From an uncultured Eubacteriales bacterium (GTDB lineage: Bacteria; Bacillota; Clostridia; Acetivibrionales; CAZANH01): a DNA stretch of 43,520 nt. How positions within the stretch are numbered: the first letter of the stretch is position 1; the number at the start of each line of letters is the position of its first letter. Location: the NCBI GenBank assembly GCA_964486515.1, contig CAZANH010000469.1, forward strand, positions 1 to 43,520, in the 5' to 3' direction. A program made the translations under genes and the position numbers. Shown here piece by piece: positions 9,756-17,707 of the stretch. Under the pieces are notes generated by a model. That model saw only the letters and a list, made by a program, of their open reading frames with translations, ran no database searches and had not been told where the DNA came from.

Positions 9756-10520
9756 ATGAGTAACGGGAGAAAAAGCCATATAATACAAATACTAGACAAT
9801 AAAGGGGAGGTTCAGCTACAGCAGCTGAAGGAGATCTTTCCCGAGGTTTCGGTAATGACATTGAGAAGGGACCTCATAAGTCTCGAAAATGAAGGATATG
9901 CCATCCGTACTTATGGAGGAGCAGTAAGTTCCAAAAAGCTTCAGAGTATAAATGGGGAAGAAGATGCATATTCGAGAAGGGCATCAGAGAATGTAGAAGA
10001 AAAAGTACTTATTGCACAAAAAGCGGTAAAAATTGTTGAGAACAGCAGATCAATTTATTTTGATGCGGGAAGTACTGTAATGTGCCTGGCTAAAATCTTG
10101 CCGGATGATAATTTTTCCATTGTTACAAGCGGTATGAATACAGGACTGGAATTAGTAAAGAAACTGAGGATATCCGTTGTAACATTGGGTGGGCTTATAA
10201 ACAGGAATACTCTTTCCGTGTCCGGACCTGATGCAGGGGCATTCCTGGACAGGATTAACATTGATATAGCTTTTATGGCAGCATCGGGGTTTTCATTAGA
10301 AAGTGGATTTACCGTATCAAACATATACGAATCTGAATTAAAACGTAAAGTTGTAAAACGGGCAAAAAAAGTTGTAATGCTTATGGATTCCTCAAAGATA
10401 AATAAAAATCTGCCGTTTACTTATGCATCGCTGAGTGACCTTGATGTATGGATATGTGATAAAGGGCTTCCCAATGATGTAAAGAAAGAGGCTGAAAATA
10501 ATGATGTTTGTATAATATGA
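9756..10520 (+). CDS. DeoR/GlpR-family transcriptional regulator (candidate RhaR-type regulator of the adjacent rhamnose genes)
   Basis: 254 aa. Has an N-terminal DeoR HTH (VSVMTLRRDLISLENEG) and a C-terminal DeoR sugar-phosphate sensor domain (FDAGSTV..., AFMAASG). The regulatory role is inferred from context only. Confidence 0.8.
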   Translation: MSNGRKSHIIQILDNKGEVQLQQLKEIFPEVSVMTLRRDLISLENEGYAIRTYGGAVSSKKLQSINGEEDAYSRRASENVEEKVLIAQKAVKIVENSRSIYFDAGSTVMCLAKILPDDNFSIVTSGMNTGLELVKKLRISVVTLGGLINRNTLSVSGPDAGAFLDRINIDIAFMAASGFSLESGFTVSNIYESELKRKVVKRAKKVVMLMDSSKINKNLPFTYASLSDLDVWICDKGLPNDVKKEAENNDVCII

Positions 10521-10554
10521 AAGAATAAAATAAGAATGAATGGAGGCAGATTTT

Positions 10555-11355
10555 ATGAACAAAAATAATAACAATATGAAAATAAACGGAAAAACCGCAA
10601 TTGTAACAGGGGCTGCACAGGGGCTTGGAGAGGCACTTGCAAGGAGACTGGACAGGGAAGGATATAAAATAGTCGTAGCAGATATAAATTATAATTCTGC
10701 AAAAACTGTAGCAGACAGTTTAACAGAAGCTGTTGCGGTAAAGGTTGACGTATCTGATGAAAACCAGGTTAATGCAATGGTAGAAGAAGCGGTTGAACAT
10801 TACGGGAAGCTTGATCTGCTTGTATCAAATGCGGCTATATTGATTGCAAAACCTGTTGTGGAATTCCCGCTGGAACAATGGAGGAAAATGATAGATATAA
10901 ATCTTACGGGATATTTCCTTTGTGCAAAAGCTGCAGCAAATGTAATGATACCGAATCGGAGAGGAAACATAATTCAGATAAACAGCAAATCCGGTAAAAA
11001 AGGCTCATATAAGAATTCTGCCTATGCGACATCGAAATTTGCAGGTATAGGCCTGACACAGAGCCTTGCACTTGAGCTGGCTGAGTATAACATAAGGGTT
11101 AATGCAATTTGCCCCGGAAATTTACTTGATTCACCCCTGTGGAATGAAGGACCAAACAGCCTGTTCAACCAATATGCGAAAAATCAGGGACTGACTGTGG
11201 AAGAAGTAAGGCAGAAATATTTGAATCAGGTACCGCTTGGAAGGTCGTGTACGTATGGAGATGTAGCAAATATAATGGTGTTTCTCGCATCGGAACAGGC
11301 AAACTATATGACAGGACAGGCAATAAATGTTACAGGAGGCCAGGAAATGCGTTAG
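10555..11355 (+). CDS. short-chain dehydrogenase/reductase, sorbitol-6-phosphate dehydrogenase (SrlD/GutD)-like; possible RhaW-like partner
   Basis: Has TGAAQGLGEA cofactor motif and the catalytic Y-x3-K (YATSK). The stretch IIQINSKSGKKGS...GLTQSLALELAEYNIRVNAICPGNLLDSPLW closely parallels E. coli SrlD as I recall it. Start set at the ATG at 10555 after the SD GGAGG. Confidence 0.75.
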   Translation: MNKNNNNMKINGKTAIVTGAAQGLGEALARRLDREGYKIVVADINYNSAKTVADSLTEAVAVKVDVSDENQVNAMVEEAVEHYGKLDLLVSNAAILIAKPVVEFPLEQWRKMIDINLTGYFLCAKAAANVMIPNRRGNIIQINSKSGKKGSYKNSAYATSKFAGIGLTQSLALELAEYNIRVNAICPGNLLDSPLWNEGPNSLFNQYAKNQGLTVEEVRQKYLNQVPLGRSCTYGDVANIMVFLASEQANYMTGQAINVTGGQEMR

Positions 11356-11464
11356 GTAATAGCGTGGCTTGCAGTTATAGCTAAAGTAGCCAGTAGCCAG
11401 TGCCGCAATTCAGCAGTCAAAGCTACATTAAATAATAGTGGATAAAAACAGCAAGGAGGTTTTT

Positions 11465-12745
11465 ATGGATAAAAAATATGAAAGGCTTTCGGAACAGCTT
11501 AACAATAGAAGTATTGATGTAAGATTTGAAAGCCTGAGAAAGCTTAAGGATATGGCTGACAGAAATGAAATACAAATACAGCATAAAGAGAAATTTATAA
11601 ATAATCACATACATACAAAATACTCCTTTTCACCATATTATCCTGCAAAAGCGGTTTGGATGGCTTATAAGGCAGGACTTGCTACTGCAGGGATTATGGA
11701 CCATGATTCAATAAGTGGAGCAAGAGAGTTTATAAAAGCAGGTGAAATTGCAGGTATTGCTACAACGATTGGGGTTGAGTGCCGTGCAAGTTTTCATAAT
11801 ACACCTTTGGAAGGCAGAAGACTGAATAACCCTGATCAGAATTCCATTGCATATATAGCACTTCATGGCATACCGCACACAAAGATTGATAAAATAAACG
11901 AATACTTTAAACCGTATCGGGAAGAAAGAAATAAACGAAACAAGCTAATGACACTCAGAATTAATGATATTACGAAACCATTCGGGATATACCTTGATTA
12001 TGACAATGATATTGTCCCAATTTCGTTAAGCAGTGAGGGTGGAAGTATAACAGAAAGGCACATACTGTTTGCACTTTCAAAAAAACTTGTAAAAAAATAC
12101 GGGAAGGGCAAGGAAATTGTGGATTTTCTGGAAAACAAATTATTGATAGATATAAAGCCTAAAATAAAAGAATACCTTATTGATACAAAAAATGAATTTT
12201 ATGAGTATGATGTACTGGGAGCATTAAAAAGCGATATGGTTGAAAAATTTTATATTAATGCCAAAAAGGAATGCCCGGATGTAAGGGACATTTTAAGACT
12301 TGCGGATAATACCGGAGCTATTGCAGCATATGCATACCTTGGAGATGTTGGTGAATCTGTTACGGGAGATAAAAAAACACAGAAGTTTGAAGATGATTAT
12401 ATTGAACTTTTGTTTCAGGCTATAAAAGACTTGGGCTTCAACGCAGTTACCTATATGCCTTCAAGAAATTCCATTGAGCAATTAAAAAAAGTCATGAGCC
12501 TTTGTGAAAAACATAATTTGTTTCAAATAAGCGGTGAAGATATAAATTCACCAAGGCAGCATTTTATATGTGAATCATTGGCGAAAAAGGAATTCAGCCA
12601 CCTGTTTGATTCTACGTGGGCACTTATAGGTCATGAAAGGGCAGCTACAAAAAATATTAATTTGGGTATGTTTTCAGAAGAAACAATTGGGAAATATCCT
12701 GATTTAGGCACAAGAATAAGGGTGTCAAGGGGACGGGGTTATTGA
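11465..12745 (+). CDS. PHP (polymerase/histidinol-phosphatase) domain protein, function unknown
   Basis: Has an N-terminal metal-ligand motif NNHIHTKYS and a later DHD. Start set at the ATG at 11465 with the SD AAGGAGG at 11453-11459; the ORF track gives a GTG at 11438. The last 8 codons and the stop lie inside the left arm of the 30-bp palindrome. Confidence 0.7.
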   Translation: MDKKYERLSEQLNNRSIDVRFESLRKLKDMADRNEIQIQHKEKFINNHIHTKYSFSPYYPAKAVWMAYKAGLATAGIMDHDSISGAREFIKAGEIAGIATTIGVECRASFHNTPLEGRRLNNPDQNSIAYIALHGIPHTKIDKINEYFKPYREERNKRNKLMTLRINDITKPFGIYLDYDNDIVPISLSSEGGSITERHILFALSKKLVKKYGKGKEIVDFLENKLLIDIKPKIKEYLIDTKNEFYEYDVLGALKSDMVEKFYINAKKECPDVRDILRLADNTGAIAAYAYLGDVGESVTGDKKTQKFEDDYIELLFQAIKDLGFNAVTYMPSRNSIEQLKKVMSLCEKHNLFQISGEDINSPRQHFICESLAKKEFSHLFDSTWALIGHERAATKNINLGMFSEETIGKYPDLGTRIRVSRGRGY

Positions 12746-12797
12746 CACCTAACTGGAAAGAACAAAGGGTGTCAATAACCCCGTCCCCTTGACACCC
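12720..12797. repeat. perfect 30-bp inverted repeat (nested palindrome) with an 18-nt loop
   Basis: GGGTGTCAAGGGGACGGGGTTATTGACACC (12720-12749) is the exact reverse complement of 12768-12797. I verified this base by base. Each arm also contains its own 8-bp stem, GGTGTCAA/TTGACACC. Confidence 0.95.
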
Positions 12798-12817
12798 AAT
12801 AAAGAGGAGGATATCAT

Positions 12818-14290
12818 ATGCTTAAATTACTAGCTTTTGATTATGGAGCAAGCAGCGGACGTGCTATTTTAGGTTCATTCGACGGAGAAAAACTGACACT
12901 GGAAGAAATTCACAGATATTCAAATGATCCCGTAAATATTAACGGTATATTACACTGGGATATACTAAGGCTTTTTCATGAAATGAAACAGGGTATTTTA
13001 AAGAGTAAGAATCTGGGCAATAAAGATATTGCAGGAATAGGTACGGATACATGGGGAGTTGATTACGGGCTGCTGGGTAATAATGGTGAATTACTCGGAA
13101 ATCCTGTTCATTACAGGGACAGCAGGACAGAAGGTATGATTGATAAAGCATGTAAAAAAATACAACACAGAGAAATATATGATTTGACGGGAATAGCATT
13201 TCAGAAATTTAATACATTATATCAATTATTATCAATGAAGGAATTTGATCAATATATATTGGAAAAGACCAAAACAATGCTTTTTACGCCGGACCTTTTA
13301 AATTATTTTCTGACAGGTATAAAAAATACTGAATATACCATAGCAAGTACTTCGCAGATGCTGGAGGCAAAAACAAGGACATGGGCATATGAAATGTTAG
13401 AAAAGCTTGGGATACCCTGTAATATATTTACTGGTATTATAGAACCAGGAACAATTGTAGGGAAAATATCCGGTATTATAAAAGAGGAATTAAATACGGG
13501 AGATATCCCGGTAATTGCCGTTGCCCAGCATGATACAGCAAGTGCTGTGGTTGCGGTACCATCTTCAGGAGGGACATATGCATACTTAAGCAGTGGAACA
13601 TGGTCTCTTCTTGGGGTTGAACTTTCGAAACCAATAATAAACGATACAACGTATAATTTAAATTATACAAATGAAGGGGGTTTTAATAAGACAACAAGGC
13701 TTCTTAAAAACATTATGGGGCTTTGGATATTCCAGGAATGCAAAAGAGAATGGGACAAGGAAGGGGAAAAAATGACATATGACGAACTTGAAGACAATGC
13801 TGAAGAAGCGGATGAATTTGTATCGTTTATAGACCCCGATGATGATATTTTTTATACCCCCGGGAATATGCCAGAAAAGATTATTGAATATTGTAAGAAG
13901 ACAGGGCAGACTGTCCCCAAAGGTAAATCGGGGATTGTGAGATGTATTATGGAAAGCCTGGCATTAAAGTACAGAATGTCACTTGAAGGCCTGGAAAAAA
14001 TTACAGGAGAAAGAATACCGATTCTTCACATTGTGGGTGGAGGCTGCAGGAGTAAAATACTTTCACAATTCACTGCTTCATCTATTGGAAGGCCTGTAAA
14101 AGCAGGGCCGGTTGAAGCGACGGCTACAGGTAATCTTTGCGTCCAGCTTATTGCATTAAATGAGGCATCAGATACAGGAGAAGTAAGGGAAATTATAAAA
14201 AGGTCATTTCCGGTTGAGGAATACCTTCCCAAAGAAACGGAAAAGTGGGATAATGCTTATGAAAGGTTCAAGAAAATAATTAAAATATAA
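12818..14290 (+). CDS. rhaB: rhamnulokinase
   Basis: 490 aa, FGGY kinase. DYGASSGRA, IHRYSN, GTDTWGVDYGLL, VHYRDSRT and FNTLYQL parallel E. coli RhaB. SD GAGGAGG. Confidence 0.9.
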   Translation: MLKLLAFDYGASSGRAILGSFDGEKLTLEEIHRYSNDPVNINGILHWDILRLFHEMKQGILKSKNLGNKDIAGIGTDTWGVDYGLLGNNGELLGNPVHYRDSRTEGMIDKACKKIQHREIYDLTGIAFQKFNTLYQLLSMKEFDQYILEKTKTMLFTPDLLNYFLTGIKNTEYTIASTSQMLEAKTRTWAYEMLEKLGIPCNIFTGIIEPGTIVGKISGIIKEELNTGDIPVIAVAQHDTASAVVAVPSSGGTYAYLSSGTWSLLGVELSKPIINDTTYNLNYTNEGGFNKTTRLLKNIMGLWIFQECKREWDKEGEKMTYDELEDNAEEADEFVSFIDPDDDIFYTPGNMPEKIIEYCKKTGQTVPKGKSGIVRCIMESLALKYRMSLEGLEKITGERIPILHIVGGGCRSKILSQFTASSIGRPVKAGPVEATATGNLCVQLIALNEASDTGEVREIIKRSFPVEEYLPKETEKWDNAYERFKKIIKI

Positions 14291-14314
14291 AAATTATAAA
14301 ATATAGGAGGTAAT

Positions 14315-15598
14315 ATGGTTATGGCATATGGGGATGATACTGGCAAAAGTATAAATGAAAGATATGAGCTTGCGAAAAGTGTGTATAAGGGATATGAAAT
14401 TGATACGGACGCCGTACAAAAAGACCTTGAAAAAATACCTATTTCTCTGCACTGCTGGCAGGGAGATGATGTAACAGGTTTTGAAGGGGTAGATGAACTT
14501 TCCGGTGGAGGAATACTTGCTACAGGAAATTATCCCGGAAAGGCAAAAAATGGCGAAGAACTGCGGCAGGATATAGGTAAAGCATTAAGCCTTATTCCTG
14601 GAAAACATAGAGTTAACCTTCATGCAATGTATGCGGAAACAGATGGGAAAAAGGTGGAGAGGGATGAACTTAAACCCGAATATTTTAAAAAATGGATTGA
14701 GTGGGCTAAAGAAAAAGGTATAGGAATTGATTTCAATCCAAGTTTCTTTTCACATCCAATGGCTGATTCAGGTTATACAATTGCCAGTACGGATAAAAAT
14801 GTTCGTTCTTTTTGGATAAGGCACGGGAAAGTATCCCGGGAAATAGCCTCAGAAATTGGGAAATACCTGGGAACACCATGTATTAATAATATCTGGATTC
14901 CTGATGGTTCAAAAGATTTACCTGCTGACAGGTTTACAGCAAGAAAAATACTTAAGGATTCTCTGGATGAAATTCTTGAAAAAAAATATGACAGGAGACA
15001 TATTCTGGATTCTGTGGAATGTAAGCTGTTTGGTATAGGTTCTGAGGCTTATGTTACAGGGTCTCATGAATTCTATATGGGATATGCACTGAAAAATGAT
15101 GTTATGCTATGCCTGGATGCAGGGCATTTCCACCCTACGGAAACGATTTCAGACAAAATATCATCAATGCTTGTATATCTTGATGAACTTCTATTGCATG
15201 TTAGCAGAGGTGTCCGTTGGGACAGCGATCACGTGGTTATTTTGAATGATGACCTACTTGCAATAACACAGGAACTAAAAAGATGTAACGCATATGACCG
15301 GGTACATTTTGCACTCGATTTCTTTGATGCGAGCATAAACCGGATAATAGCATGGGTTACAGGAACAAGGGCTGCAATTAAGGCTATTCTTATATCAATG
15401 CTTGAACCGACTGATATGCTTATTGAAGCTGAAAAAGAAGGTAAATTAGGTAACAGACTTGCTCTTATGGAAGAATTCAAAACGCTGCCATTCGGTGCCG
15501 TATGGGATAAATACTGCCTTGACCATAATGTACCTGTAGGGCCGTCATGGTTGGAGAATGTGAGTGATTATGAAAAAAAAGTATTATTCAAAAGATAG
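14315..15598 (+). CDS. rhaA: L-rhamnose isomerase
   Basis: 427 aa. Has the LHCWQGDDVTGFE motif and a length typical of RhaA. SD AGGAGG. Confidence 0.9.
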   Translation: MVMAYGDDTGKSINERYELAKSVYKGYEIDTDAVQKDLEKIPISLHCWQGDDVTGFEGVDELSGGGILATGNYPGKAKNGEELRQDIGKALSLIPGKHRVNLHAMYAETDGKKVERDELKPEYFKKWIEWAKEKGIGIDFNPSFFSHPMADSGYTIASTDKNVRSFWIRHGKVSREIASEIGKYLGTPCINNIWIPDGSKDLPADRFTARKILKDSLDEILEKKYDRRHILDSVECKLFGIGSEAYVTGSHEFYMGYALKNDVMLCLDAGHFHPTETISDKISSMLVYLDELLLHVSRGVRWDSDHVVILNDDLLAITQELKRCNAYDRVHFALDFFDASINRIIAWVTGTRAAIKAILISMLEPTDMLIEAEKEGKLGNRLALMEEFKTLPFGAVWDKYCLDHNVPVGPSWLENVSDYEKKVLFKR

Positions 15599-15793
15599 TG
15601 AATAAATAAATAGACAGTCATGACAGTGACTGTATTAACATAACATGAAAACGTCAGAAGCAAGGAGTACAAGGAAGGTGAGTACTGAGCCAGGAGTTAA
15701 TATGTAATAAATGAGGAGCGGAAGGAAGATACCTGACACCGTAATCCAATGCATATCACGTTTTCAGAATAGAATAGGAGAGGAGATTATAGG

Positions 15794-16855
15794 ATGAACA
15801 AAAAAAACAATTATATTAAGGAACTTATAAGAATATCGCAGGCTGTTGGAAATAAGACAGATTATATACAGGGGGGTGGAGGGAATACTTCTGTAAAGCT
15901 AGACACGGAATTGATGGCTGTGAAGGCTTCAGGATTTAAGCTTAAACAGATTTCACCTGATGAAGGCTTTGTTATTGTTAAATATAACATGATAAAAAAT
16001 TATTTTGAGAATATTAATCTCGATATTGACAAAGATTATGGAAAAGAGAGTGGTGAGTTTTTAAGAAAAAGCGTAATAGAATCGGAAAACATTAAAAAAC
16101 TCAGGCCATCAGTAGAAACAGGATTTCATTCCGTACTTAAAAAATATGTGATACATACACATTCGGTATATGCAAATATATTAAGTTGTTCAAAAGAAGG
16201 GAAAAAATTGGTAAATGATATATTTAACAATGGGGAATATCGTGTGGCATGGGTTCCATATGTAAATCCGGGATTTAATCTTACAATAAAGATAAAGGAA
16301 GTAATAAAAGACTGTATTAATAAAAAAGGGAGTTTCCCGGATGCCGTATTTCTTGAAAATCATGGGCTTATAGTTAATTCCGATAATATTGAAGAGTGTA
16401 TTGGTATGCATGAAAAGATAAACCTTATTATAAAAGATCATTTTAATTTAAATAAATTTCCGGATATTGAAATAGAAAGAAATAAGAGTGACTCATATAT
16501 AAGCAAAACAAAATTTATAGAGAATAATTACAGCGATAAAAAAATATTTGATAAAGACTATTTTGAAAGTTATACACTTTATCCGGATCAGATTGTATAC
16601 CTTAATAAAAATCTGACAATAGAAGAAGCAGGCAAAAATCCTGTTGTTGTTATAAGTGAAGAGGGTATTACGTATAATGCAGATTATGAAACGGCGCTGA
16701 CTATTGAGGAAACCGTTGCTGCAGTTACTTATATTATCAATACGATAAGAAAAGTAGGACTTAACCTGAAAATAATGACAGACGAGCAGAAAGCATTTAT
16801 AAATGGCTGGGAAAGCGAGAAATACAGAAAAGGTATGATTGGCATAAAAAAATAA
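15794..16855 (+). CDS. class II aldolase/adducin-domain protein, candidate rhamnulose-1-phosphate aldolase (RhaE-like stand-alone domain)
   Basis: 353 aa. Has GGGGNTSVK, the metal-binding VIHTHS and ENHGLIV motifs of class II aldolases. Its position completes the rhaB/rhaA pathway. Longer than E. coli-type RhaD. Confidence 0.7.
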   Translation: MNKKNNYIKELIRISQAVGNKTDYIQGGGGNTSVKLDTELMAVKASGFKLKQISPDEGFVIVKYNMIKNYFENINLDIDKDYGKESGEFLRKSVIESENIKKLRPSVETGFHSVLKKYVIHTHSVYANILSCSKEGKKLVNDIFNNGEYRVAWVPYVNPGFNLTIKIKEVIKDCINKKGSFPDAVFLENHGLIVNSDNIEECIGMHEKINLIIKDHFNLNKFPDIEIERNKSDSYISKTKFIENNYSDKKIFDKDYFESYTLYPDQIVYLNKNLTIEEAGKNPVVVISEEGITYNADYETALTIEETVAAVTYIINTIRKVGLNLKIMTDEQKAFINGWESEKYRKGMIGIKK

Positions 16856-16929
16856 GCAATTAATAATTTGTATATCATGCAGGAATTTTTGCACCTCTGG
16901 CGAATAATAATTATAGAGGTGGCAAAAAA

Positions 16930-17580
16930 ATGGTATTGAATACGGATGTTACAATTTCGTATAAGTGCCCGTTTTGCGGAAGCTTCCAGTTTTTCAGTTT
17001 TTCGTTATTTAAAATAAATACTGATTACCTGGAGTGCAGTTTTAGGTGCAAGTGCGGATATTCACATATTACAGTAGGTGTGCGTAGAAATAGAGAACTT
17101 TATTTAACAGTACCTTGCATAGGATGTGGAGGCATACACACGTACACTATACCTAAAAATTTATTTAAAGATGATTGTATAAAAGAATACAAATGCCCTG
17201 TTACAGGAATAAGGCATTGTTTCCTGGGTGTATATTATAAGGTAGTGCAGAAGGTTGATACCCTTGAAAGAGAATTTGATAATATTGTAGATATGTCAGG
17301 TTATGAAAGTTATTTTAAAAATAACAGAGTAATGCTTGATGTCCTTAACAGGATTCATGATATTGCGGGGAAAGGAGAATTGTTATGTGAATGTGGCAGT
17401 AATGATTTTGAACTTAATCTGATGCCCAGGGGAATAGACATAAGATGTAAAAAATGTAAAGCCAATGAATTTATAAAAGCCTCCTCAAATGAAGATATTA
17501 AGGGAATATTTGAAAAAGACAGTATTATTATCGGAAAAAGAAACAGCGGAATATATGACCCCATTCTCATAAAACCTTGA
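16930..17580 (+). CDS. cysteine-rich hypothetical protein (several zinc-ribbon-like CxxC pairs)
   Basis: 216 aa. Cys motifs are CPFCG, CKCG, CIGCG, CECG and CKKCK. SD AGAGGTGG. No family recognised. Confidence 0.55.
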   Translation: MVLNTDVTISYKCPFCGSFQFFSFSLFKINTDYLECSFRCKCGYSHITVGVRRNRELYLTVPCIGCGGIHTYTIPKNLFKDDCIKEYKCPVTGIRHCFLGVYYKVVQKVDTLEREFDNIVDMSGYESYFKNNRVMLDVLNRIHDIAGKGELLCECGSNDFELNLMPRGIDIRCKKCKANEFIKASSNEDIKGIFEKDSIIIGKRNSGIYDPILIKP

Positions 17581-17605
17581 CTTTTGATGTCTCTAATGCT
17601 ATAAT
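17577..17605 (+). promoter_or_regulatory. near-consensus sigma-A promoter for rho
   Basis: TTGACT (17577-17582), 17-nt spacer, TGc-TATAAT (17597-17605). It leaves a leader of about 100 nt before the rho ATG at 17708. Confidence 0.55.
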
Positions 17606-17707
17606 TTGCTGGTGAACTTCAAAAATTCTTCTTTTAATTAAAAAAACAGGTTTTTGACAGATTCTTTAAAAAATTTAGGTTTATTAAAAAATATCAGGTG
17701 GTGAATT

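Noticed and set aside
11356-11464. Relatively GC-rich SDR-PHP spacer with a tandem GTAGCCA-GTAGCCA and scattered GCTA/TAGC motifs. I considered it as a candidate DeoR operator.
   Set aside because: It has only two 7-mer copies and stems of 5 bp or less. Nothing distinguishes it from chance without a known operator motif for this regulator.
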